A stretch of 64,000 nt of DNA from an uncultured Gammaproteobacteria bacterium (GCA_942491945.1 CALODD010000037.1:67500-131499); one strand, 5' to 3'. Positions 50,871-62,584 are shown, counted from the first letter of the stretch. Numbers and translations: made by a program. Notes: generated from the letters alone by a model not told the origin.

Positions 50871-50899
50871 TAAAAAACCCCGGCTTAACCGGGGTTTTG
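50871..50899. other. GC hairpin (aaccccgg..ccggggtt) flanked by A- and T-runs, between tRNA-Gly and tRNA-Cys
   Basis: Perfect 8-bp stem. Could be a terminator/attenuator or a processing site. Confidence 0.5.
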
Positions 50900-50904
50900 A
50901 AATC

Positions 50905-50980
50905 TGGAGCGGGAAACGAGATTCGAACTCGCGACCCCAACCTTGGCAAGGTTGTGCTCTACCAACTGAGCTATTCCCGC
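50905..50980 (-). tRNA. tRNA-Gly (GCC)
   Basis: The reverse complement reads gcgggaatagctcagttggtagagcacaaccttgccaaggttggggtcgcgagttcgaatctcgtttcccgctcca. Confidence 0.92.
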
Positions 50981-51017
50981 AAACAGGAGCGCGATTGTAC
51001 AGCGCGTTATCCGCCTG

Positions 51018-51581
51018 TCAAGCGTCTGTATCACGCATTGCCGGCCATGCGGCAATCAAATAACTGAACATTGACCACAGGGTCAGAACAACCGAGATAT
51101 ACAGCATAATCAATCCCGCGGTGTATGTCGGGAAAATCCGCTTACGCACCTTGTAAGCAATAGTAGTTATCGCCAGCATTTGCGCCGCTGTCTTGAATTT
51201 CCCTACCCAGGAGACGGCGACATTGGTGCGCTGACCTATTTCCGCCATCCACTCACGTAGTGCTGAAATCGTGATCTCACGGCCGATAATCACCACTGTT
51301 GCCACCATGAATGAAAACGTCGGGTTGTCCTGTAGCAAAACAATCAAGGCGGCAGCAACCATCAGTTTATCCGCCACCGGGTCAAGAAAAGCACCAAAAC
51401 GTGAAGTTAAATCCAGTTTTCTAGCCAGATAACCATCCAGCCAATCGCTAAACGCCGCAACCATAAAAATAACCGCGGCAATGATTCGAGAATGTTCAAG
51501 CGGCAGATAAAAAACCAGTATCAGCACAGGTATGAGTACGATTCGCAGCAGCGTCAGAATTGTTGGGATATTGAGTTTCAT
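51018..51581 (-). CDS. pgsA: CDP-diacylglycerol--glycerol-3-phosphate 3-phosphatidyltransferase
   Basis: The FSDWLDGYLARK and GAFLDPVADK CDP-alcohol phosphatidyltransferase motifs. The ATG overlaps the uvrC stop (TAATG). The N-terminal 100 aa of the 287-aa ORF are rejected. Confidence 0.85.
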   Translation of the reverse strand: MKLNIPTILTLLRIVLIPVLILVFYLPLEHSRIIAAVIFMVAAFSDWLDGYLARKLDLTSRFGAFLDPVADKLMVAAALIVLLQDNPTFSFMVATVVIIGREITISALREWMAEIGQRTNVAVSWVGKFKTAAQMLAITTIAYKVRKRIFPTYTAGLIMLYISVVLTLWSMFSYLIAAWPAMRDTDA

Positions 51582-53469
51582 TAATGTGAGTGCAGATGCT
51601 CGTAAATTTTTCGTGCCAGTGACTGACTGATGCCTTTTATTTGTTGCAAGTCTTCGATACCGGCCCGTTTTATACCATGAATGCCACCCAAAGTACTTGA
51701 TCAAGGGCCTGTCGCCGTTTTGGCACCAATCCCGGGATTTGCTTCCAACGACCGAAGTGCGGCGGTTTATCGCGCCGCTGTTTATGGCCGGTAACGGCAA
51801 AACGATGAGCCTCATCCCGTATCTGCTGTAATAAGTGCAGTGCGGGATGTTGGCTATCCAGTACTTTTTCATGCCAACCATTTTTCTCTACACCTTGTTT
51901 ATCAACTGATGGCAATATCAAGGTTTCAAAACCCGCTTTACGCGTACTACCTTTAGCAATACCCAGTAATCTAATATCTTGTAACTGTAAACTTTCCAAC
52001 ACTTCTTTTGCTTGTGTTAACTGCCCTTTTCCACCATCGATCAACAAAATATCCGGCAACTTTCCCTCTTCCTCCTGCACACGAGTATATCGCCTCTCTA
52101 AAGCTTGCTTCATGGCGGCATAATCATCAGCGGCTGTGATATCAGCAATATTAAAACGACGATAATCAGACTTCACAGCACCCTGATCATTAAACACCAC
52201 ACAGGAGGCAACCGTTGCTTCCCCTGAGCTATGACTGATATCAAAACATTCCATGCGCTGCGGCAGTTCATCAAGTGACAGTGCCTCCTGCAGGGTTCGC
52301 AAACGCTGTTGCAAACTATTGCGCGAACTCAGGTAGGTATGCGAACGCCTCCTGAGCATTATGTCAGCGCAATCTGCACCCATCGTGCACGGTCACTGCG
52401 TACTTTATTCTTTATAGCGACCTTGCGAGCCGGCCTGCCTGCTCAAGGCTAAACTCATCAATGAGCGCGTCTGTCTTCCAGGTGATGACTCACCACCAGC
52501 TCCGGCGGTATCTCATGTGCCAGGTAATACTGTGGCATAAAAGCCTCGAGCACTTCGGCTGCGTGATTCCATGACGCGTATCGCGGATAAAAAACCTTGT
52601 TACCCTGCATATTCCGCCGCGATACGAAGACCAGCACGCAGGCCTGCCCGCCCGGTATCGCGCAGGCCACTACATCAGTAGAGACATCCTGTTTGCCCAC
52701 TGACATACTGTTTTTCCTGTATCTGCCTGCAGATGGCCACCTGGTCGCGGAATAACGCCGCCTGTTCAAACTCCAGCTGTTCAGAGGCCCGCTCCATTTT
52801 GGCAACCAGATCATCAATGATCTGAGCCGTCTTACCCTTTAGGAATAATCGTGTGTGTTCTATATCACGCGCATATTCTTCTTTTGATATCAGGCCAACA
52901 CAGGGGCCACTACAACGCTTGATCTGGTATTGCAGACAAGGGCGACTACGATTTTTGAAATAGCTATCTGTACATTGACGTAGTCGAAAGATCTTGTGCA
53001 GTAGATGAATCGATTGCCGCACCGCTCCGGAACTTGGAAATGGCCCGAAGAATGTCCCCTTACGTGATTTCGTTGTGCCACGATAAAGCGATAACCGAGG
53101 AAAATCGTTCTGTGTACTAAGGTAGATATAGGGGTAAGTTTTGTCATCTCTGAGTAGAACGTTATAGCGAGGCAGGTATTTCTTGATCAGTGTATCTTCA
53201 AGTAATAGCGCTTCACTCTCTGTATGTGTGACTGTGGTTTCTATAGAAGCTATCTGGCCGACCAGTGCCAGTGTTTTACTGTTATGGGCCTTATTGAAAT
53301 AACTGCTGACACGTTTTTTTAAATGACGTGCCTTACCAACGTAAATGACCTCTCCAGCAGCATTCAACATTCGATAGACACCCGGCCCGGTAGAAACAGT
53401 GGCCAGGAATTCACGATGGTCAAAGATGCCATCTTCAACTTTATCGTCGGTTATCGATGCGTCATCCAT
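51581..53469 (-). pseudogene. uvrC: Excinuclease ABC subunit C (uvrC), disrupted by at least four +1 frameshifts
   Basis: The GIY-YIG N-terminus, the UvrBC-interaction and RNaseH-like middle, and the (HhH)2 C-terminus (..[32 protein letters not shown]) are all present but spread over four reading frames. Two shifts map to a CCC run and a GGG run near 51700-51760. Confidence 0.8.
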
Positions 53470-53475
53470 TCTTGG

Positions 53476-54120
53476 CTAAATCAGTTCTGCCGCCCGTTCA
53501 AAAACCGCTTCAAACATTTCTGTGGTTAATCGACGCGTTTGCGTGTTGTAGCGTGAACAGTGATAAGAATCGAGCAGCACGAGTTCATTGGGTAATAGAT
53601 GCTCGGCGGCATGAGCAAACTTATATGCACTCAATTTCAATCCCTGAGCTCTCAATACTGCATCATGCGCAATTTTCCCCAGGGCAATGATCACTGCATT
53701 ATCGGGCAAGTCATTTAGTTCGGCTTGCAGAAAGGAATTACATTGCCTAATTTCACTACCCGTTGGCTTGTTCGCAGGCGGCAGGCATTTAACCGCATTG
53801 GTAATCCGGCATCCTTTCATCTGTAAGTCATCGTCCGCAGCAACTGATTCAGGCTTATTTGAAAAACCATATTTATGAAGGGTTTCATACAGCAGAAGAC
53901 CCGCATGATCACCAGTAAACGGACGCCCACTACGATTCGCTCCATGCATACCTGGTGCTAAACCAACCACAAGCAGACGGGCATCAGTATCTCCGAATGA
54001 CGGCACTGGCTTACAGAAATAGTCTGGGTACTTTTTCTGGGTATCGCTCAGAAATTGCGACAAGCGACTACAGGCGGTGCATTCAGCATCGTAATGAGAT
54101 TTTGACATGATGCGCATCAT
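53476..54120 (-). CDS. Uracil-DNA glycosylase, family 4 (UdgA-like, 4Fe-4S)
   Basis: GLAPGMHGANRSGRPFTGDHAG and the conserved Cys ligands. Confidence 0.72.
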   Translation of the reverse strand: MMRIMSKSHYDAECTACSRLSQFLSDTQKKYPDYFCKPVPSFGDTDARLLVVGLAPGMHGANRSGRPFTGDHAGLLLYETLHKYGFSNKPESVAADDDLQMKGCRITNAVKCLPPANKPTGSEIRQCNSFLQAELNDLPDNAVIIALGKIAHDAVLRAQGLKLSAYKFAHAAEHLLPNELVLLDSYHCSRYNTQTRRLTTEMFEAVFERAAELI

Positions 54121-54223
54121 ATCTGCATTGCATGCTACTGATCAAAACCATGGCCTTACCGTATCGGTAAGATGGGAAATTAGACGTAGAAGTACGCCAG
54201 GGCTAAAGATTCTAAGATCGAGA

Positions 54224-55033
54224 TCAGTTCGGAAATAAAGGTTCGCCTGTAACTGGGACAATGCGAGGGGAAATAATACCTAACAGGATAACTTTGGCGA
54301 TCGCTTGCTGACGGTTACTGACATTTAATTTACGAATGATATTACGCATATGGAACGTTACTGTGCTCGCTGAAATATCGAGAATGTCTGCCGTCTCTTC
54401 AGTCGTTTTACCTTCCGCACTCCAGTAAAGACACTCTTTTTCACGCTCACTCAATTCAACGATTTCCTGTGGCTCATGTTTAACCAGATTACGATCTATC
54501 GCTGCCTGCATATGCACTGCGAACAAAGACAAATAAGGCATCATAGCTTCCACATCACTTGCGGTAATACCATTGCGACTATTGCTATAGATAAAGCTCA
54601 GAACACCATTACGTTTCAGCCCTGAGTGTATAGGAATACTAACGCCGTCATGGATGCCATGCTGGCTCGCCAGGTGCATAAACCGGATATCATTGGTTGT
54701 TTTCAGATAGTTCGAGGCATCTTGCCAAAGCAAGGGCAGATTCTGCTCCATGCAATAACGAAAGATTGGGTCTTCGTCAATCAAGCCATCTTTTCGATAT
54801 TGCGTCCACCAGGGCACAGGTAAATTATTGACGTGCAGATATTCGGGTGATTGCAAAGATACGGGTATAACAAGTGAATACTGGAAATACTGAAAATCGA
54901 GTTCGCCCGTAAACTCACTGGAGATACAGTAAATATCATGCAATGCATCGGCTTCGGCCAGCTGTTTGCTCGCTGAATCCAGTATCATTTGGCATGTTTT
55001 TTCTTCACAGACAGACATACTGCAACCAACCAT
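54224..55033 (-). CDS. LuxR-family transcriptional regulator with N-terminal autoinducer (AHL)-binding domain
   Basis: W..Y....D.DP pattern (WTQYRKDGLIDEDPIF). C-terminal HTH LuxR (EREKECLYWSAEGKTTEETADILDISASTVTFHMRNI). Confidence 0.62.
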   Translation of the reverse strand: MVGCSMSVCEEKTCQMILDSASKQLAEADALHDIYCISSEFTGELDFQYFQYSLVIPVSLQSPEYLHVNNLPVPWWTQYRKDGLIDEDPIFRYCMEQNLPLLWQDASNYLKTTNDIRFMHLASQHGIHDGVSIPIHSGLKRNGVLSFIYSNSRNGITASDVEAMMPYLSLFAVHMQAAIDRNLVKHEPQEIVELSEREKECLYWSAEGKTTEETADILDISASTVTFHMRNIIRKLNVSNRQQAIAKVILLGIISPRIVPVTGEPLFPN

Positions 55034-55122
55034 TTAATCAGGTCGCACACAGTACTCTTTTACCTTGAACAAATCAATTATTATAGCTAACTTTTCCGGT
55101 GCGTCATCCAGAACGCAATGCC

Positions 55123-56067
55123 CTAAGCATTTAATTTTGCATCATCAGCAACCAGCATATTAGCCTTATCCTCTTCTAAATCAGGGTTATTTTTCATCAC
55201 TCGCTGGCTTAGATAGGTCATCAACCACGCTTCCATTTCAGCTTCAATTGCTTCCATATCACCTGATGAAATCGATTCCGCCTTCTCGATATATTGATCG
55301 ATATCCGCATGTAATTGCTTCGCTACGGCCTCAACACCTGTAAGGCGGCCATAGTGAGTCAAGTACATCTGCTGAGGCTTAAAGCTTAATAGGCGGTCAA
55401 TTGATTGATGCAATGCATCCGGATCAAACTGCACTGGTGTCGTCGTCGGAAACCCTGTTGTGGTTTCAGCATAATCAAATTCACGATAGGAAATACCAAA
55501 CGTATCGCCGGTAAATATGCCCTGACTTATCTGATCAACCACGCAAAAGTGATGACGGGCATGGCCGGGCGTATCGATAAAGAGTAACTCACGCCCACGA
55601 AAATCCAGGAGAAACTCATCCCCAGCTTCGATGACACGCCCTGCATCGACCGGCAATAAATCACCATAAAGATTTTTGAAGTTTTCTTCGCCATAGACCG
55701 CTGAGGCACCAGCAATCAATTTGGAGGGGTCGATCATATGTCGGGCACCATAGGGATGAATCACCAGCTTTGCCTTCGGATAGAGTTGCATGAGCTGCCC
55801 CACACCACCAGCATGATCCAGATGCACGTGAGTTGGAATAATGTAGTCGACCTGTCCTTTGCTGTAACCACGCTCTTCTATCAAGGCAGCGATACCCGGC
55901 ACGTTGGCATTAACACCCGTTTCAATCACGGCAACACCACCGTCCTGCTCCATCAGATAACAGGCGGTCATACGCGGACGCGTATAGCCAGTATCCATCA
56001 GAGTGATTCCATGACTAAGATTTTCGAATTCGATTGTTGACATGTTTCTTTCCCTTACAGGGCTCAC
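55123..56067 (-). CDS. MBL-fold metallo-hydrolase
   Basis: THVHLDHAGG (HxHxDH). The true start is probably the internal Met (MSTIEF...). Confidence 0.7.
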   Translation of the reverse strand: MSPVRERNMSTIEFENLSHGITLMDTGYTRPRMTACYLMEQDGGVAVIETGVNANVPGIAALIEERGYSKGQVDYIIPTHVHLDHAGGVGQLMQLYPKAKLVIHPYGARHMIDPSKLIAGASAVYGEENFKNLYGDLLPVDAGRVIEAGDEFLLDFRGRELLFIDTPGHARHHFCVVDQISQGIFTGDTFGISYREFDYAETTTGFPTTTPVQFDPDALHQSIDRLLSFKPQQMYLTHYGRLTGVEAVAKQLHADIDQYIEKAESISSGDMEAIEAEMEAWLMTYLSQRVMKNNPDLEEDKANMLVADDAKLNA

Positions 56068-56120
56068 GATACGGGCATATTAAGGTATTATGCCGGCCTC
56101 TCGCTATTGACTGACTTTAA

Positions 56121-57500
<1,380 letters not shown>

Positions 57501-58081
57501 ACATGTAAAAAATTGTGAAGCAATTCCGATAATCCTTTATCGAAATCGCCACACTTCATACCAAGAAGGACGGGGCGGCCAGCTTAGCTTCTCTCCATAT
57601 CCCCCTTAAGCGCGTTCCGCCCTTCTTTTGATCAAGCCGGGTTGTGTCTTCTCCCCCTTTGATACAGCCCGGCTCATTCATTCCAGCAGACACCCACTAA
57701 AAGGTAATGGAAATAATAGCGCCAATCTGACTATAGATACCAGCACATAATGACCCTCATCAGGCCAGACAAAGAGTTATCCACAACCCTGAATAAGTGA
57801 AAATCATCATTAAAACCTCAAGCACTGCTTGAATTAAAATCCAATAACCCACTGATTTTAATGAAGATATTCAAAATATCGCTCTTGTAAAAACCGGCTA
57901 ACCTGCCGTTTTGTGATTAATTTGGCACTTTTTTTTGCAGAAACTGTCCATACTTATTCGTAACAACTGATTTGCTCCTCCCAGATCAGTCAGGTATTCA
58001 AGGGCTGTACTCCTTCCCCCGGGATGCAGCCCTATTTTTTTGCCCTCGCAAAACGCCCGTAAAATACATTAAAGTGCGCTC

Positions 58082-59224
58082 ATGTTGACACATCTAGGCA
58101 CATTCCCCGTCGAAGACTTCCTGCAACAATACTGGCAACAAAAGCCCTTATTGATTCGGCAAGCCTTCCCCGATTTCAACTCCCCCATCTCTGCCGACGA
58201 ACTAGCAGGGTTAGCGCTGGAAAGTGAAGTCACTTCTCGCATTGTGCTGGAAAAGGACGGGCAACATCCCTGGGATTGCCGGCATGGGCCATTTGATGAA
58301 GAAACCTTCCAGACACTTCCCGAGAGCCACTGGACTCTGCTGGTACAGGATGTTGAAAAACATTTGCCAGAACTTGCCGTCTTACTTGAACCATTTCAGT
58401 TTATTCCACGCTGGCGCATTGACGACCTGATGATCAGCTATGCCGCTGACCAGGGCTCAGTCGGGCCACATCTGGACCAATACGATGTCTTTCTATTACA
58501 GGCTGAGGGACAGCGTCACTGGCAAATTCAGAACCAGCCCGATACCGAAAACCTGATTGCAGGAATCGACTTACAGATATTAGAAAACTTCGCAGCCGAT
58601 GAGGACTGGGTACTAAACCCTGGTGATATGCTTTATCTGCCACCAGGCATTGCTCATCATGGTATCGCCCTGGGAGACTGTATGACATTTTCAATCGGCT
58701 TTCGCGCACCTACTGCGGCTGAATTACTCAATTCAATGGCGCATGATCTCGCTGAGGTATTTGAGAGTAACCTTCGATTCCAGGATACATTGCTCAATAT
58801 GCAGAGCGACAGCGGCCAACTTACAGAGCAAAGTATTCAGTCACTCACCGACTTAATGATAGAAGCCATTCATCAACCTGCTTTCGTCCAGGGCGTGATT
58901 GCAAAACACCTGTCCGAACCAGCGCCCGTCATGCCTAACTATGAAGTTCATAAAGAAGACTTCGAAACATTCAAACTGCTGCTCACTCAGTCAACATCAA
59001 TCAACTTTCATCCAGCCTTGCGTATGCTCTATACCGTACAGGAACAGGGTGTCGAATGGTTTGTTGATGGAGAACAGATACCGGCACATACAGCTGATGC
59101 AGGCGCCGTCAAAACAATCTGTAATGAATATAAAATTGCGTCAGAGATATTGGCGAATTCGCATTCCCTGTTGGCGCCAGCGTTTAATCTCTATCTAATT
59201 GGCGGAATCGAATTTGAAGATTGA
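58082..59224 (+). CDS. Cupin-4/JmjC-type ribosomal oxygenase (RoxA/YcfD-like, L16 Arg hydroxylase family)
   Basis: The N-terminal 200 aa align to E. coli YcfD (WRIDDLMIS...GPHLDQYDVF..Q..G.R.W). Confidence 0.68.
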   Translation: MLTHLGTFPVEDFLQQYWQQKPLLIRQAFPDFNSPISADELAGLALESEVTSRIVLEKDGQHPWDCRHGPFDEETFQTLPESHWTLLVQDVEKHLPELAVLLEPFQFIPRWRIDDLMISYAADQGSVGPHLDQYDVFLLQAEGQRHWQIQNQPDTENLIAGIDLQILENFAADEDWVLNPGDMLYLPPGIAHHGIALGDCMTFSIGFRAPTAAELLNSMAHDLAEVFESNLRFQDTLLNMQSDSGQLTEQSIQSLTDLMIEAIHQPAFVQGVIAKHLSEPAPVMPNYEVHKEDFETFKLLLTQSTSINFHPALRMLYTVQEQGVEWFVDGEQIPAHTADAGAVKTICNEYKIASEILANSHSLLAPAFNLYLIGGIEFED

Positions 59225-59636
59225 GATTCTCCACTGGCAACAGGCCAGGAAGTCAGCCTGCGAAATACGCCGTACTGTCTTTATTAATGAACAGCACGTC
59301 CCTGAAGAACTGGAGTGGGACAGCTCCGAAATTGAATCTGAATGCAGGCATGCTCTGGCATGGGATAGTCAAAATCAAGCCGTAGGCTATGCTCGCCTGC
59401 TGCCTAATTCACAGATCGGTCGTATGGCAGTGCTGTCTAACTACCGCCGACAGGGTATCGGACATGCCCTGTTAAGCGCGCTTGAGACAGAAGCCCAAAA
59501 GCTGGGCATGACTCACATATTTCTTCACGCCCAAACTCATGTCAGAGACTTCTACGTAAACTTTGGCTATGAAGAAACCGGCGATGAATTTGACGAAGTA
59601 GATATCCCTCATATTAAAATGATCAAAACGCTATGA
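59199..59636 (+). CDS. GNAT family N-acetyltransferase
   Basis: RRQGIGHALLSALE motif. Confidence 0.6.
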   Translation: MAESNLKIEILHWQQARKSACEIRRTVFINEQHVPEELEWDSSEIESECRHALAWDSQNQAVGYARLLPNSQIGRMAVLSNYRRQGIGHALLSALETEAQKLGMTHIFLHAQTHVRDFYVNFGYEETGDEFDEVDIPHIKMIKTL

Positions 59637-60160
59637 CCAATAACGAAGACAACACTCAAAGCGAACTGATCCTGGGCGAGAGTAAGCAGGTATTTGAACT
59701 CGAAAGCCTGCAGGATAACTCAACCCATGTGATGGGCATGCTTGCGCAGGCAACTCGCCACCTGCGTATATTTTCTCGCGATCTGGATCGGAGGCTGTTT
59801 GATAACAGTGACTTTATTGCTGCATGCAAAACACTGGCGCTACGTAGTCATTTTTGCCGAATTGAAATTCTGCTAATGAATTCACGTCAGATCACTGCCC
59901 AGGGGCATCGGCTGCTTAATCTGGCACGCGCATTGTCTTCACGTATCGAGATAAGACGTCCGGAAAAGCAGTTTGAAAAACTTCGTCACTTCTCTCTGAC
60001 GGTGGACGGCCAGGGCTATATCTACCGCACAATCAATGACCGTTACGAAGGCACCGCCAGTTACCATGATCCAAGATATTGCCGGGAGCTAGATAAAGAC
60101 TTCGATACAATCTGGCAGAGAAGTAATGTCGACCCTGAATTACGAAGCCTTAAAATATAA
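59633..60160 (+). CDS. Hypothetical protein (175 aa)
   Basis: ORF coupled to the GNAT gene by a 4-nt overlap. No family recognised. Confidence 0.4.
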   Translation: MTNNEDNTQSELILGESKQVFELESLQDNSTHVMGMLAQATRHLRIFSRDLDRRLFDNSDFIAACKTLALRSHFCRIEILLMNSRQITAQGHRLLNLARALSSRIEIRRPEKQFEKLRHFSLTVDGQGYIYRTINDRYEGTASYHDPRYCRELDKDFDTIWQRSNVDPELRSLKI

Positions 60161-60244
60161 AACATAAAAACGCGAACTTTTTCACACTGTGTATCCAATC
60201 ATCGCGTATGGTTCACACATGAATGAGCTTAAGGGATCGGAAAT

Positions 60245-61126
60245 ATGATTTTACAGCGCACATTACTTTTATTGTTGTTTGTTACTATTAGCTTGAGTAA
60301 TACTTGGGCCAACACCTCGGCAGCGGTCGTCCAGGGACTACAAATGCCAGCATGGGTAGAACGAGATGGACAACGCCGTGCACTCACTGCCAATCAGCCC
60401 CTGCAGTCTGGCGATAAAATCATTACCGGTAAATCTGCACGTGTATTACTGGCACTGGAAGAAGGTAGCCATATCAAGCTAGGTGAAAATGCCCAGCTAA
60501 ACCTCGCTGAAGTCCAGGCGCCAGAGCAACCATCTGGCGTGTTTACTGGTCTGGTCGATGTACTCAGTGGCGCTTTTCGTTTTACCACCAGCCTTATCGG
60601 CGCAACTAGACAACGTAATATCGATTTTCGTATTGGAACGGTTACGGCGGGGATACGCGGTACCGATATCTGGGGACGCTCGAATAACGAAAAAGATATC
60701 GTGTGTTTGATCGAAGGCAAAATTAATGTCGCTTCCGGTAATGACAACTTCGATATGTCTGACCCTCTTAGTTTTTATATCAAACCTAAGAATGCACCCG
60801 CAGATCCAGTCTCTCGCGTATCAGAAGAACAGCTGACGCAATGGGCCCAGGAAACAGAATTGCAAAAAGGTTTTGGTGTCGTTCAGGATAATGGCCGATA
60901 CGCACTTAATATTATGTCCGTACAGTCTTTAAATAATGCTCAGCTCAATCAAAATACGTTAAGCCATGCCGGCTATGCCAGCGAGATTCATGAAGCTAAC
61001 GTTAGTGGTCAAACATGGTATCGGCTTCGTATCACACACCTGGCTTCGCACGCGGATGCCCGGCAATTAAGCGAGCGATTACAACAGGATATTGCTGTCG
61101 GTACACCATGGATATCAACCATGTAA
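60245..61126 (+). CDS. Secreted FecR-domain protein
   Basis: Signal peptide. The FecR-like beta region is (SGDKIITGKSARVLLALEEGSHIKLGENAQL). Confidence 0.45.
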   Translation: MILQRTLLLLLFVTISLSNTWANTSAAVVQGLQMPAWVERDGQRRALTANQPLQSGDKIITGKSARVLLALEEGSHIKLGENAQLNLAEVQAPEQPSGVFTGLVDVLSGAFRFTTSLIGATRQRNIDFRIGTVTAGIRGTDIWGRSNNEKDIVCLIEGKINVASGNDNFDMSDPLSFYIKPKNAPADPVSRVSEEQLTQWAQETELQKGFGVVQDNGRYALNIMSVQSLNNAQLNQNTLSHAGYASEIHEANVSGQTWYRLRITHLASHADARQLSERLQQDIAVGTPWISTM

Positions 61127-61210
61127 TGGACATTTAATACACAGGCATTCTCAATATAGGCCATTCCTGTTATAAACACGCCTGAATCATGTTCTGGCGT
61201 AAACATCATT

Positions 61211-62584
61211 GTGATCGACAACCCATTAAAACGATTTAACAGTTACAGATCATTCATTCTTTGCTGTCTGCTTCTATGCTCACCATTATCTGGCTGGGCA
61301 GAAACCGAATATGAAAAAGGCTGGGATAAATTCCAGACCGGCCACTATGAAATTGCACACTCCATCTGGCTACCTCTCGCCGAGGAGGGTGACGGTGATG
61401 CCGCACTGGGACTGGCGATTATTTATGAGAACGGCCTGGGCCTCAGTCGCGACATCACAGCTTCGGTAAAGTGGTATCAAATCGCCGCCGATAATAATAT
61501 TGCCGAGGCACAACATGACCTGGGCATTAAATATTTCAGTGGCACTGGCGTAGAACGCAATCCGCGTAAAGCCTATGAACTCTGGAGACAGGCCGCAGAA
61601 TCAGGACTGAGTGCAGCTCAGACAAAATTTGCCTTCCTACATATTCAGGGCATGGGCACACGCCAGAACATCCCTGAAGCATTGAAATGGTATCGCCAGG
61701 CAGCAACACAGGGCAATACCGAAGCTATGTATAACCTCAGCCTGATGTATCAAAAAGGTACGGGCGTCCGTAAAGACCCACACCAACGTAGACACTGGCT
61801 CACCAGAGCATCTGACCTCGGTTATCCGAGAGCACAATATGATCTGGGATTGATGAAGCTGCACGGCAAAGATATCGAGAAAAGTGTCTCAGGTGGCAAA
61901 CAACTTTTACTAAAAGCAGCGGAGAATGGTTCGGTCGACGCTCAGTACTATCTCGGTACGCTTTATCTAAACGGTCATATCTTGCGCCCTGATCGCGAAC
62001 TTGCCGTGCAACTACTCGAATCCGCTTCTCGTAAAGGCCATAAAGGCGCGAAACAGGCGCTTGTCGATATTGATTCTCTAGATAAAGGTAACAGCCGTGT
62101 CCTTGGCCAGTTACCAAAACAAAAGACGGACGCCAAATTAAAAAAGAAGACGGCACCAGTTACCCGAACAACACCAAAGCCTGCACCTAAGAAAAACAAT
62201 ACTGTAGTGTTAAACGAAAAACTGGCAACGCAATCTCCACCACCGGCCGCACCTAAACCGGCTCCATCAGCGCCGCCTACTGGCCATGACCGTACAGAAT
62301 GGCTACTGGAGCAAAGTGACGATATTTATACCATTCAACTGCTGGCAACGACCGATAGATTGGGTGCCGTTAAAAGCCGGGCAAAATACCCAGCCTCGAT
62401 GGACACATTTATTTATCGTTTCAAACGTAAGGGAGAACTCTGGTATGCCGTCGGCGCTGGATTACACGATGATTACAAACAGGCCAAAAACGCAATTAAG
62501 CAATTCCCTGCCAAAGTGCGGAAAAATAAACCCTGGGTTCGTAGCCTGAAAGTCCTCAAACCGATTCTATCCCAGTCTCAATAA
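61211..62584 (+). CDS. Sel1-repeat (TPR-like) protein with C-terminal SPOR peptidoglycan-binding domain
   Basis: Multiple Sel1 repeats (A..GD..AQ..LG..Y..G). Pro/Lys linker. C-terminal YTIQLLAT..WYAV..G SPOR pattern. Confidence 0.65.
   Translation: MIDNPLKRFNSYRSFILCCLLLCSPLSGWAETEYEKGWDKFQTGHYEIAHSIWLPLAEEGDGDAALGLAIIYENGLGLSRDITASVKWYQIAADNNIAEAQHDLGIKYFSGTGVERNPRKAYELWRQAAESGLSAAQTKFAFLHIQGMGTRQNIPEALKWYRQAATQGNTEAMYNLSLMYQKGTGVRKDPHQRRHWLTRASDLGYPRAQYDLGLMKLHGKDIEKSVSGGKQLLLKAAENGSVDAQYYLGTLYLNGHILRPDRELAVQLLESASRKGHKGAKQALVDIDSLDKGNSRVLGQLPKQKTDAKLKKKTAPVTRTTPKPAPKKNNTVVLNEKLATQSPPPAAPKPAPSAPPTGHDRTEWLLEQSDDIYTIQLLATTDRLGAVKSRAKYPASMDTFIYRFKRKGELWYAVGAGLHDDYKQAKNAIKQFPAKVRKNKPWVRSLKVLKPILSQSQ

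Noticed and set aside
51018-51881. 287-aa ORF suggesting a long pgsA
   Set aside because: The N-terminal 100 aa are the out-of-frame uvrC C-terminus read in the pgsA frame. pgsA starts at the internal MKLNIPT, with its ATG overlapping the uvrC stop (TAATG).
52458-52817. Independent 119-aa ORF, and the 52890-53147 ORF
   Set aside because: The former is the middle segment of frameshifted uvrC. The latter is an opposite-frame shadow ORF inside uvrC.
54224-55033. Calling this gene uvrY by synteny
   Set aside because: The protein has no receiver domain. It has an AHL-binding N-domain plus a LuxR HTH, so it is a LuxR/SdiA-type regulator and not the UvrY response regulator.
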